Assembly: GCA_965208835.1 (NCBI GenBank)
Contig: OZ242358.1
Location: 3,872,001 to 3,936,000, forward strand
From: Candidatus Latescibacterota bacterium
GTDB lineage: Bacteria; Latescibacterota; UBA2968; GCA-2709665
Length of the DNA stretch: 64,000 nt
Direction of reading: 5' to 3'
Position 1 is the first letter of the stretch; each line of letters opens with the position of its first letter. The notes beneath the pieces are model-generated. The model did no database searches and was not told the DNA's origin. It saw only the letters and a list, made by a program, of their open reading frames with translations. This document shows positions 9,559 through 19,318 of this stretch, piece after piece. A program made the position numbers and the translations under genes.

Positions 9559-11028
9559 ATGCCTCCCAGACCTAACCTGCTTCTCATCACGACCGACCAG
9601 CAGCGCGGCGACTGCCTCGGGTGCGACGGCCATCCGGTTCTCGAAACCCCCTACCTGGATGAACTGGCGGAGGGCGGCGCGCGTTTCAACCACGCCTATA
9701 CCTCTGTCCCTTCCTGCACCCCCGCCCGCGCGGCAATCCTGACCGGAATGGACCAGTGGAACCATGGCCGTCTCACCATGACGGGCGCCGACTCGCTCGA
9801 ATACCCGGCAACGCTTCCCGGAGAACTCGCCAGTGCCGGCTACCACACCCAGGCCGTGGGCAAGATGCACTTCCACCCCCAGCGCAGACTCCACGGGTTT
9901 CATCATATGGTTCTGGACGAGAGCGGACGACGATTGGGCAATTTCATCAGTGACTACCACGTATTCTTCGAGAAACACAAGGAGGGCGAATACGGCTACC
10001 GCGACCACAGTGTCGACTGGAATTCATGGATGGCCCGTCCATCGCATCTGCCGGAACACCTTCACCCCACGCACTGGACAGCATCGGAGGGCATCAGGTT
10101 TCTCGAGAATCGGGACCCCACCAGACCCTTCTTTCTCTGGTTGTCGTTTGCCCGCCCCCATTCACCTTATGACGCGCCGCAGACCTACTACGATTTGTAT
10201 ATAGACAATCCCGAGGTGCCCAAGGCGGCCGTGGGTGCATGGTCCGCCCGGTACGACCGTCGAATCGCGGATGTGAACGCCCCGCGCACCCGCCGCACCG
10301 ACGCGGAGACCCATCGCGCACGCGCGGCATATTACGGCAACATCACGTTCATCGACCATCAGATCGGTCGTGTCCTGCACGAACTGCGCCGTCGCGAACC
10401 CGCGGCGTCGGCCAACACCCTCATTCTGTTCACTTCGGACCACGGCGACATGATGGGCGATCACCACCACTGGCGGAAGACATACGCGTATGAAGGCTCA
10501 GCCCGAATCCCCTTCATCGTCAAGTACCCGGATGTCTGGGATATACCCCCAAACCGGACGCTGACGGAGCCTGTCGAGCTGCGAGACGTCATGCCCACGT
10601 TTCTCGACGCCGCGGGCGTAGCCGTCCCCGAATCCGTAGACGGCCTGAGCCTGCTGGATCTGTCAAGGGGCCGGACCGACGGCTGGCGAAATTTCATACA
10701 GGGTGAACATACCACCTGTTACGATAAGGAACACGGCATGCAGTACGTAACCGACGGACGGGAAAAGTTCATCTGGTTTCACCACACGGGCGCCGAACAG
10801 TTCTTCGACCTGGAAGCCGATCCTCTGGAGTGCAACGACCTCGCGACGGATCCCGCCTGTCAATCGCGCATCGACGTCTGGCGGGAACGCCTGGCTGGAA
10901 TCAACGAACAACGTGGCGACCCCCGCGGCCGGAACGGCAGACTCGTGCCCCAGCCCGACAGCGCGCTGTCTCTTTCACCCAACTATGAGAAATGGAAACA
11001 GCGTGCGAAAGGGCTGAGAGACGCCTGA
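9559..11028 (+). CDS. Sulfatase (formylglycine-dependent, choline/aryl-sulfatase-like)
   Basis: PNLLLITTDQ, CTPARAAILTG (CxPxR), GKMH, PHSP, SDHG, YEGSARIP. Confidence 0.93.
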   Translation: MPPRPNLLLITTDQQRGDCLGCDGHPVLETPYLDELAEGGARFNHAYTSVPSCTPARAAILTGMDQWNHGRLTMTGADSLEYPATLPGELASAGYHTQAVGKMHFHPQRRLHGFHHMVLDESGRRLGNFISDYHVFFEKHKEGEYGYRDHSVDWNSWMARPSHLPEHLHPTHWTASEGIRFLENRDPTRPFFLWLSFARPHSPYDAPQTYYDLYIDNPEVPKAAVGAWSARYDRRIADVNAPRTRRTDAETHRARAAYYGNITFIDHQIGRVLHELRRREPAASANTLILFTSDHGDMMGDHHHWRKTYAYEGSARIPFIVKYPDVWDIPPNRTLTEPVELRDVMPTFLDAAGVAVPESVDGLSLLDLSRGRTDGWRNFIQGEHTTCYDKEHGMQYVTDGREKFIWFHHTGAEQFFDLEADPLECNDLATDPACQSRIDVWRERLAGINEQRGDPRGRNGRLVPQPDSALSLSPNYEKWKQRAKGLRDA

Positions 11029-11078
11029 ATTAAAAAAAGCGCGGATTGCGCCGCGCCCCAATTGTATACGAGGAGATT

Positions 11079-11552
11079 ATGCCGACAAGATACTGGCTGA
11101 TGAAGTGCGAACTCAGCGAGTGCAGCTTCGACGACCTGAAGAACAACCGCCCGGACAGCACTGGAAAGTGGCGCGGCGTTCGTAACTACCAGGCCCGGAA
11201 TTTCATCCGGGACGACATGCAGACGGGCGACGTCGTCCTCTTCTACCAGTCGAACTGCGACGAACCCGGCATTGCGGGACTGGCGGAAATCGTGCGTGCG
11301 GCCTATCCTGACCCGTCGGCCTTCGATCCCGACAGCAGCTACTACGATGCGAAATCAACACCCGACGATCCCCGCTGGTTCTCCGTGGACGTCAAATGGA
11401 AAAAGGCCTTCAAGACGTATGTTCATCTTAAAGACCTCAAAGCCAATCCCGCGTTGAAAGAAATGCTGGTTGTTCGCAGGGGCCAGCGACTTTCCATCCA
11501 GCCTGTGAAGAAGAGTGAATTTGAAGCCGTCAGCGAAATGGGAGGGGTCTGA
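11079..11552 (+). CDS. EVE domain protein
   Basis: YWLMKxE, W.GVRNYQARNF, GD.VLFY.S, YYD.KS....PRW, RLSIQPV; RBS GAGGAG. Confidence 0.92.
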   Translation: MPTRYWLMKCELSECSFDDLKNNRPDSTGKWRGVRNYQARNFIRDDMQTGDVVLFYQSNCDEPGIAGLAEIVRAAYPDPSAFDPDSSYYDAKSTPDDPRWFSVDVKWKKAFKTYVHLKDLKANPALKEMLVVRRGQRLSIQPVKKSEFEAVSEMGGV

Positions 11553-11612
11553 AATAATCCCGTCACCCCACAAGACATCCTCATATTCCAACACACACCC
11601 GTCCCGATTCAA

Positions 11613-12446
11613 CTACGGCGCCTCCGGAACTTCCACCGGCAAGTCCAGCCGGTCGCCCCATTCCTTCCACGACCCGATATAGTTGCGCACATTTTGATAG
11701 CCCAGCAGGCGCAACGCCAGGTACGAATGGGAGGAACGGTACCCGCCCTGTCAGTAACACGCCACCGTCTGTTCCGGCATCACGCCTTCACGCTCGTACA
11801 TCTCCTGCAACGCTTCTGCCGGCTTGAACGCACCCGACTTGTCCAGATTGTCCAGATACTCGATATGCACGGCGGCGGGAATGGCGCCGCCCCGGGCGGA
11901 CCGCGCCACGCGACCGAAATATTCGTCGTCGCTCCGAGTATCCAGCGACACGAAATCCGCCTTGCCCAGCGAATCCCGAATCTCTTCGAAGCCAATGTGG
12001 CGTTCCTCGACGGGCGCCATTTCGAAAGAGGCCTGGTCCGGTACCGGGACTTCAACTGTGGTCTTGAATCCCGCCGCCGTCCAGGCCTGAAGCCCCCCGT
12101 TCAGAACATGCACGTCAGGGTGGCCCAGGTATTCACAGATCCAGAAACCACGAGCCGCGCGCATCCCGGAGTCGTTTTCGTAAAACACCACCGTCGCATC
12201 GGAGCTGATTCCCCGGCTTCCCATCAGGTAGGCCAGGGTCCACATGAACGCTTCGAATGCCTCGCGTCCGGTGTTGTTCAGACTAATTCCGTAGAGGTCC
12301 AGGTGCAGCGCCCCCGGAATGTGCCCGGAAACGTATTCGTGCGTCGGCCGGACATCCACAATGCATATCGATGCTTCCTGGAGGCGAACATGCAATTGCG
12401 CGGGCGTCATCAGCAGTTCGGGATTCGCATATCCCTTATCATCCAT
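11613..12446 (-). CDS. Two-domain sulfurtransferase (rhodanese), probable selenoprotein (in-frame TGA at catalytic Cys)
   Basis: GHIPGA and inactive N-domain. Track ORF stops at VACY-TGA (11751-11753), but the frame continues [31 protein letters not shown]...* to TAG 11613-11615, containing the C-terminal rhodanese signature. Confidence 0.88.
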
Positions 12447-13510
12447 CAATGTCCCTCCTGACCGTAATAGGCGTTGACTTCAATACATCGCCCGCCCAGG
12501 CGGGCCGAATCCCATCCCGCCAGGATTGGCGCCAGGGAATACAGGCCGTCGCGATAGTCGTTCAGTATACCCCCCCGATGCCCCGAACGCACCGCCTCCA
12601 CAAAGATCCGATCCTGCTCGAACCAGGGATCGAACTCCCCGCCCCGATAGACGGTCTCTCCGTTCAGATCGATTCGGTCGTAGTTAAAGATCTCCAGTCG
12701 TCCACCCTCGAAGAAAAACGTGAACCACGGCTGTGGCGTACCGGACGGGTCCGCACGCACGAACGTCATCGTCATTGTCGCTCCGTTGTCCAGCCGGAAA
12801 TGGAAGGAGGACGAGAGCGGATCGCTGAAAACCTCGGACTGCTCGAAATAGAACGCCTGGACTTTATCGACTTCCAATCCGGTTGTAAACCGGACGTAGT
12901 CCACGGCGTGCACGCCCCAATCGAGCGCGGGACCCCCCGATTGGTCCATCTGGCGCCACCAGGAAGCCCCTTCCATTCCCTCCTTACGCGGCGGCGGTCC
13001 GCCCACGGATCGAAACACGACGTGCACGATCCGCTTCTCCGCAAGAATCCGCCGCGCCTCGCGGAACAGCGGTCGATATCGTTCGCGAAAACAGACCGTG
13101 CTCAATACCTCCGCCTTCCGGACCGCCCGGTCGATCTCCAGAGCCACGGCCATCCGAGTCGCCTGCGGCTTTTCGCTGAACAGATGAATTCCGCGTTCCA
13201 CGGCTCTGATTTCGACGTCCGTGCGGGCAAAGGCGGGCACAATCGAAAAGAGCACGTCAAACCGCTCGTTCTCTACCATTTCGCGACCATCGGCATAGAC
13301 CGCCGGGATCTCAAAACGCTCCGCCGTACGTCGCAGGGCCGCGGCATCCACGTCGCATGCCGCTACGACGTCCACGCCCAGCTTCTTCAGGTTCGGAATG
13401 TGGGTCTGGTTTGCCCACGACCCGGTACCGTATATCGCAGCCCGGACGGCTCGCTCGGATGCGTTCGCCGAATCCGACCGCGCATCGTTTTCTCTGTGTT
13501 CGTTTGCCAC
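12446..13510 (-). CDS. Gfo/Idh/MocA family NAD(P)-dependent oxidoreductase
   Basis: AIYGTGSWA Rossmann loop, HLFSEKP, GGPALDWGVHAVD; probable GTG start at 13510; its stop overlaps the start of the sulfurtransferase. Confidence 0.88.
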   Translation of the reverse strand: MANEHRENDARSDSANASERAVRAAIYGTGSWANQTHIPNLKKLGVDVVAACDVDAAALRRTAERFEIPAVYADGREMVENERFDVLFSIVPAFARTDVEIRAVERGIHLFSEKPQATRMAVALEIDRAVRKAEVLSTVCFRERYRPLFREARRILAEKRIVHVVFRSVGGPPPRKEGMEGASWWRQMDQSGGPALDWGVHAVDYVRFTTGLEVDKVQAFYFEQSEVFSDPLSSSFHFRLDNGATMTMTFVRADPSGTPQPWFTFFFEGGRLEIFNYDRIDLNGETVYRGGEFDPWFEQDRIFVEAVRSGHRGGILNDYRDGLYSLAPILAGWDSARLGGRCIEVNAYYGQEGH

Positions 13511-13514
13511 GTCC

Positions 13515-14792
13515 CTACCCATTCGCCAGGGACTCCGCTGTCTGAACGATGGTTTGCTCCTCGTCCTGGAACCTTGCCGGTTCGCCGTAATAGGGGTACG
13601 CGTTGGGCTCGTACCCGCCCTCCTCGTAGTGCCGATCAGTACAGAGGTATCCGATTTCGTCGTTCGCATATCCAACCGGCCAGACGTCATCCGCGTCGAC
13701 CAGTCCCCTCAGTCGCTTCTCGATGGCGTGACCGATCTCCTGTACCGGCTCGCCCGGTATGGTGACACACGTCAGCGGGCCTACCGCCATCAACTGCATT
13801 TCCGTTGCGCGGCTGTCGGGAATGCCGCCCCTGGCGATCATCTCAAGAACGCCGCTGGCCCACGGCCCGGTCAGCAGGCGGCCTCTCGCGCTCTCATCAG
13901 CCGCCTTCTCCCTGAGGTCTTCTACGGGATCGTGTTCGCCGAATGCGATTCGCACGTCGGTTCGCCGCGCATTCAATTGCGAGGACCGCCGGGTCTTCAG
14001 ACTCCCTGCCACGCGCACCACTTCTCGGCCCAGTTCTTCGCCGCAGGCGTCCAACTCGGCCTTGGTGGCGGATTTGAACCCTCCTGTTTCCCGATTGATT
14101 ACCGCGGGCCGGACATTCCCGAAACACCCTGCCAGAAACAGCGCCCTACACCCCATCGCATCTTCTATCACGCGACGGGCGATACCCGCGTAGTCGGGCG
14201 AAATATAGCCCTCGGACCCACTTTTAGTGGTGGTATGGCACGAATAGTGAAACAGTACCGCCTGCGGCGTTCCGTCCTCCGCCTCGACCAAAAGCACGCG
14301 GGCCCGCCGATCCACGATTCCGCCGAAATTCTGCATCATGCCCGACGTACCGGGCAGCGGCCTTCGGCTAATGTTGAAATGCGCCGACCCACAGCCCAAC
14401 CCCATCCGTACCGGCTTGATGTCCGCCGCCGCGCGGACGATGCTCTCCGCGGTTTCTTTCTCGATCGTATCCATCCACCCCTCAGGCGGTTCCATTCCCA
14501 GCGACGGAAGCGTTGCCGGGGCTGAATGCGTGTGGCTGCACGCTACCATAACGTGATCCCCCGGAATACCGCACGCCGCGGTCACCCGTGCACGAATCCG
14601 GTCGGTTGTCTCTTTCGTCACGCCGATTACATCCAGGGTGGCGATCGCCGTCCTCACGCCTCCCTCATCGAACACGATTGCGCGGACTTCCAGCGGGTAC
14701 AGTACCGAGTGCGAGGGATTCGAACTCCAGTGCCCCTGCAGAACGGGACCCGGTTCCGGCGTTATGTCTGACGATGCGACGCCGCTCTTCAT
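13515..14792 (-). CDS. Neutral/alkaline ceramidase-like hydrolase
   Basis: DITP, SHTHSAP, YSCH, ISPDY, GCFGNV, PGEP, GYAN..GY, YEEGGYE motifs. Confidence 0.75.
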   Translation of the reverse strand: MKSGVASSDITPEPGPVLQGHWSSNPSHSVLYPLEVRAIVFDEGGVRTAIATLDVIGVTKETTDRIRARVTAACGIPGDHVMVACSHTHSAPATLPSLGMEPPEGWMDTIEKETAESIVRAAADIKPVRMGLGCGSAHFNISRRPLPGTSGMMQNFGGIVDRRARVLLVEAEDGTPQAVLFHYSCHTTTKSGSEGYISPDYAGIARRVIEDAMGCRALFLAGCFGNVRPAVINRETGGFKSATKAELDACGEELGREVVRVAGSLKTRRSSQLNARRTDVRIAFGEHDPVEDLREKAADESARGRLLTGPWASGVLEMIARGGIPDSRATEMQLMAVGPLTCVTIPGEPVQEIGHAIEKRLRGLVDADDVWPVGYANDEIGYLCTDRHYEEGGYEPNAYPYYGEPARFQDEEQTIVQTAESLANG

Positions 14793-14814
14793 GGTTTTCT
14801 CCTTTTAAAGGAAC

Positions 14815-15042
<228 letters not shown>

Positions 15043-15056
15043 TCAGGCTAAAATGA

Positions 15057-15084
15057 CATCGGGACGATTGAAATCGTCCCGATG
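15057..15084. repeat. Perfect 12-bp inverted repeat (hairpin; REP-like or terminator)
   Basis: catcgggacgat-tgaa-atcgtcccgatg. Confidence 0.6.
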
Positions 15085-15164
15085 CCGACATAACGATATG
15101 TATCCGGCCGCAGTTCATGCGGCCCCAAAGCCAGTGACGACTCTGCTATAAGCGACCCGCTCTG

Positions 15165-15920
15165 CTAGAGTGCGAAACCCAGACTGACGCCGCCCCAGAC
15201 CCTGTTTTGCTCGTCCTTGGTCCGATGGAAATCGAAATCCATAGTCTCTATTTCTTCGGTCCGGCGTATGAAACCGATGACGGGCGACAACGAGAAGTAG
15301 CTATGGCTGACACCGAGCGAAACCGACGCACCGGCATGGTTGAATTCGAATTTACCGGTGGTGTCGCTGTATCCGATATCGGCGGAAACGCCCAGCGTGA
15401 CGTTCCCCTCCGGTGTTAGTTGAACTTCGTGACCGATGCTGCCATTGACATACCAGTAATCGAATTGGCCCAGGTCGCGATAGACCGTCAGTGACGGGGA
15501 GGCCGAAACGTCCAGGCTCATTCCCGCAAAAAACTCCGTAGTGAGTCTGTCGCCCTTCGGAAGGCTTGGAAAGGTGTATTGAATTATCCCGACGGTAAGC
15601 CCCACATTTTCGTACTGTTCGCCCAGATTGCGGTCGTACGTAACCGTAAAGTCGAGTTCATCGCCCGCTTCCTGAATGCTCCTTTGCTTCAATGCCCAGG
15701 AACCCCAGATGTTGAACGAGAAACCGGAATCGCCGAAGCCCAGGGTAAGAGAGGGCTGCGCGGAAGGCTTATCCGTGAAGGCCACGCCGCGGAAAATGTA
15801 ATGCGTGACAAGATCCGTGCTGCCCTCTACGGAAATATCCTCTATCTGGGCGAATGAGGGACTGGCAAGCAGACTAAGCGTAACGACAAGAACGAGCGTG
15901 CGAGTTGGCATGTTCTTCAT
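15165..15920 (-). CDS. TorF/Gcw_chp-like putative outer-membrane porin
   Basis: Signal peptide, YIFRG...QP, GFSFNIWGS, ELDF.V.Y, C-terminal aromatic beta strand; RBS GGAGGA. Confidence 0.75.
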   Translation of the reverse strand: MKNMPTRTLVLVVTLSLLASPSFAQIEDISVEGSTDLVTHYIFRGVAFTDKPSAQPSLTLGFGDSGFSFNIWGSWALKQRSIQEAGDELDFTVTYDRNLGEQYENVGLTVGIIQYTFPSLPKGDRLTTEFFAGMSLDVSASPSLTVYRDLGQFDYWYVNGSIGHEVQLTPEGNVTLGVSADIGYSDTTGKFEFNHAGASVSLGVSHSYFSLSPVIGFIRRTEEIETMDFDFHRTKDEQNRVWGGVSLGFAL

Positions 15921-16113
15921 TCCTCCATTCTTTATTAGGTGATGTCCACGGTGGATCTCACCCTAACCGGAAGTTGACAACACTTTCGTGAATGCGTGAT
16001 GAGAGCTGATATCGGGGAGGCTGACGTGTTGAGGCCGGAAATCGACGCGGAGACCATCCGGCATGTCGGATCGGGTTCACTTTGAACACTCCTGTCGAAT
16101 AACAGGACGATTA

Positions 16114-16142
16114 ATCTTAGGGTCGCGACGGTTGAATGTCAA
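16114..16142 (-). promoter_or_regulatory. Sigma70-type promoter for the TorF-like gene
   Basis: TTGACA-N17-TAAGAT on the minus strand, ~190 nt upstream of the ATG. Confidence 0.6.
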
Positions 16143-16330
16143 GCTGAATTTTCGCAAGTCGGGTCGTGCTGAGGGACGGGCGGCCGGCACGGGTATTTCC
16201 GCTTTGCCCCCGGCGCCTGCTGTCGGAACGCATTCGGCCGACCGTTTGGTGTATCTTCTGCCGCGAGCCCGGGGTTCGCGCCGCGGGACTCTCGAAGAAA
16301 AAGCGGTACCTGGAAGGGCCTGGTGGTTAC

Positions 16331-16861
16331 CTATTCGGTCGGGTCGGCTATTCGCGTATGTTGAGACCGGATGTCCAGCAGCAGGTTTCCCTGGCTGTCT
16401 TTCAGAATTAGAGTCGATTCGTATTTGGCATCGCCACTGAACCGATTGACGATGTTTCCCCTAATGCCCAGGCCGAAATCGATGTATTTCCACCTCATCG
16501 TTTCTGTTTTCCCCTCCCATGCGCCAACCCAGAATGAGTGCCCGCCGTCGGAATCGAACACCCATTTGTGATACTGACCGCTATCGGCGTCAAAGCGGTG
16601 AATCTCCCGTGTTTGCCAGACGCCACTCTGACCGGTTACCTGCAGAAAGTGGTCTTCCAGGATCCACTGGGCCGTTGACGTACCGGTAATTTCGGTTCCG
16701 ACCAGCGACCAGGCCGCAGGCCTGACAACGGTGCGATGCTTCCAACTCGCGTCCCACTTCTTCAGAACCTTGCGGCTATGCGTCTCTTTCGAGAAACACG
16801 GATCCGCGACCAGGGCCGTTGCAAAGGCCATTACGGCCGACGCTATGCAGATAGCTCTCAT
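16331..16861 (-). CDS. Secreted DUF1579-like beta-barrel protein
   Basis: Signal peptide; W.LEDHFL, FDADSGQY..W.FDSDGG, GAWE...TMRW; likely start 16861. Confidence 0.6.
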   Translation of the reverse strand: MRAICIASAVMAFATALVADPCFSKETHSRKVLKKWDASWKHRTVVRPAAWSLVGTEITGTSTAQWILEDHFLQVTGQSGVWQTREIHRFDADSGQYHKWVFDSDGGHSFWVGAWEGKTETMRWKYIDFGLGIRGNIVNRFSGDAKYESTLILKDSQGNLLLDIRSQHTRIADPTE

Positions 16862-16977
16862 ATACCGTCCCTTTCGACAAGAGACCATCAGCGCCACTCT
16901 CGAACCCGGATCCAATGAGCCGTCGAAGTGCAGGTTTCGATACAGAACCTGTGCATTCGTCCGCATTGACACACCAT

Positions 16978-19170
16978 CTACCTTACGAACAGCATGTCGC
17001 GGTACGTCGGCAGCGGCCACAGATCGTCCGGGATCACTTTCTCCAATCGGTCAGCAACCTCGCGCACCGCATTCATCGCCGGGATCACGTTGTCGCGCAT
17101 GTGAACCACCTTGGACGACATCTCGTCTCCGCCCAGCTCTTCGTTTTGCGTGTCGAGCTCGTCCAGCGCATCGCTCAATTCATCGACCATGCCGGAAACA
17201 CGGTTGATGTTTCTCTCGAGACCTTTTGTGGAGCCGCCTGCGTTCTTCGATCCGTTCCACGCCGACGTAAGCTGCGTCAGGTAGGTGACCGCCGCAGGCA
17301 GGATCATACAGCGGGCCATGTGCGCCGCCGTTTCGGCTTCGATGTTGATCTTGATGAAGTACTGCTCGGTGAGCACCTCCAGCCTGGCCGCCAGTTCCCG
17401 TGGCGTCATAACACCGTACTTGTCGAAAAGCTCCTCGTTCCTTGGAGAGTCGAGCGCAACCAGCGCGTCGACAGCCGATCCCGCGTTGTACAGCCCGCGG
17501 CGGGCGGCCTCCTCCACCCACTCGGTCGCGTAATTGTCGCCGTTGAAAATGATCCGCTTGAAGGACGGGATCTCGTTGGCCAACAGCGTCCAGAGCGCGT
17601 CCTCGATCGTGGTACCGGCTTCGACGATCGGCTCCAGCAGTTCCGTCCAATTGTCGATTGCTTCCGCTACGATCGTGTTGAGGACGGTTGCCGGCAGCGA
17701 GATATTTGCCGACGAGCCGACCGCGCGGAACTCGAACTTGTTCCCGGTGAATGCAAAGGGAGACGTGCGGTTCCGGTCTCCGGAATGGCGTGTAAGGTCA
17801 GGGAGGACATTGACGCCCAGGCCGAGGAGCCCGTCGTGTTCCCGCTTCTCCGCCTTTCCCGATTCCTCAAGCTGGTTGAATATGTCCTCGAGCTGGCTGC
17901 CCAGGAACACCGAGATGATCGACGGAGGGGCTTCGTTCGCGCCCAGACGGTGATCGTTCCCGGCGCTGGAGACGCTGGCCAGTAGCAGGTCCTGGTGCTG
18001 CTCGACCGCGCTCATCACCGCGGTGCAGAAAAACAGGAACATCAGGTTGTCGTGCGGCGTGTCCCCAGGATCCATCAGGTTACGTTCCGAAGTGCCGAAA
18101 GACCAGTTCAGGTGCTTTCCGCTCCCGTTTATCCCGGCGAAGGGTTTTTCGTGCAAGAGGCAGATGAATCCGTAGCTGCGCGCGCTTCGCTCGAGGATCC
18201 GCATCATCAGCTGCTGATGATCCGACGCCACGTTCGCGTTCTCGTAAACCGGCGCCATCTCGTATTGCCCCGGCGCCACCTCGTTATGGCGCGTCTTCAT
18301 CGGCACGCCCAGCCGGTACAGGTCCATCTCGATGGACTGGATGCACGCAAGCACGCGCTCGTGGATCTGTCCGAAATAGTGGTCGTCGAGTTCCTGCCCC
18401 CTCGGAGGCTTTGCCCCGAATAGTGTTCGACCCGAGGTCATGAGGTCGGGTCTGCGGTAGTAGAACTCGCGGTCGACGAGGAAGAACTCCTGCTCGGGAC
18501 CGAGGCTGGCCGTTACCATCCCGGCGTCGATACCGAAGAGTTTGAGCGCTCGTCGTGTGACCCGGTCGAGTGCGTCCATTGAACGGAGCAGCGGAATCTT
18601 GGCATCAAGACTCTCTCCCGTCCAGCTCGAAAAGGCAGTGGGAATGCACAGATACGTTGCCGACTCGCCGCCCATGATAAAAGCGGGTGAGGTAGGATCC
18701 CAAGCCGTGTAGCCACGTGCCTCGAAGGTTGCCCGTAGGCCTCCCGAAGGGAACGACGACGCGTCCGGTTCACCCTGAACCAGTTCATCGCCGTTAAACT
18801 CGGTGATGGCGCGTGCATCAGCGTCCACCTTCAGGAAGGAATCGTGCTTTTCGGCTGTATGCCCTGTGAGCGGTTGGAACCAGTGCGTGTAGTGGGTCGC
18901 ACCCATCGAGAGCGCCCAGTCTTTCATCGCCGCAGCCACCGTGTCTGCGATATCGGAGTCGAGTTGCTTTCCGTGGCGAATCGTCTGAACGAGCCTGTTG
19001 AAGACGTTTTCCGGGAGCCTGGACTGCATTTCGTTGAGTCCGAATGTGTCTTTGCCGAAGATGTCAGGCAGAAGGTCACGGTCGCCCGATCGGGACTCCG
19101 GCTTTCGGTCCCAGGTTTTAGCGGCACTGACGGAATCGAAGCGTCTTTGGATCCTCATTGTGAATGCCAT
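16978..19170 (-). CDS. glnN: Glutamine synthetase type III
   Basis: GATHYTHWFQPLTG, AEKHDSF, GEPDASSFPSGGLRATFEARGYTAWD, HNEVAPGQYE, HEKPFAGINGSGKH, DRNRTSPFAFTGNKFEFR. Confidence 0.96.
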   Translation of the reverse strand: MAFTMRIQRRFDSVSAAKTWDRKPESRSGDRDLLPDIFGKDTFGLNEMQSRLPENVFNRLVQTIRHGKQLDSDIADTVAAAMKDWALSMGATHYTHWFQPLTGHTAEKHDSFLKVDADARAITEFNGDELVQGEPDASSFPSGGLRATFEARGYTAWDPTSPAFIMGGESATYLCIPTAFSSWTGESLDAKIPLLRSMDALDRVTRRALKLFGIDAGMVTASLGPEQEFFLVDREFYYRRPDLMTSGRTLFGAKPPRGQELDDHYFGQIHERVLACIQSIEMDLYRLGVPMKTRHNEVAPGQYEMAPVYENANVASDHQQLMMRILERSARSYGFICLLHEKPFAGINGSGKHLNWSFGTSERNLMDPGDTPHDNLMFLFFCTAVMSAVEQHQDLLLASVSSAGNDHRLGANEAPPSIISVFLGSQLEDIFNQLEESGKAEKREHDGLLGLGVNVLPDLTRHSGDRNRTSPFAFTGNKFEFRAVGSSANISLPATVLNTIVAEAIDNWTELLEPIVEAGTTIEDALWTLLANEIPSFKRIIFNGDNYATEWVEEAARRGLYNAGSAVDALVALDSPRNEELFDKYGVMTPRELAARLEVLTEQYFIKINIEAETAAHMARCMILPAAVTYLTQLTSAWNGSKNAGGSTKGLERNINRVSGMVDELSDALDELDTQNEELGGDEMSSKVVHMRDNVIPAMNAVREVADRLEKVIPDDLWPLPTYRDMLFVR

Positions 19171-19318
19171 CCTTATGAAACGGTGTGGGTGTGGGTATGC
19201 GTGTGGTTTACAGCCGCGTCAGCGCGGCGAGTGGTTTATGCTCTTCGGCAGCGGTCGATATCGCGGATCTTCCGTACGGATTCATCCCTATTCGTCCGTT
19301 CCAATATCCGATAATTGC

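Noticed and set aside
12371-14525. 464-aa and 375-aa plus-strand ORFs
   Set aside because: Antisense to well-supported oxidoreductase and ceramidase-like genes.
19171-19318. Possible glutamine riboswitch or sigma54 promoter upstream of GSIII
   Set aside because: Only partial words (ACGGAAG, CCGAAG, TGGAAC); the closing stem and the -12 TTGC are missing. An Rfam scan would settle it.
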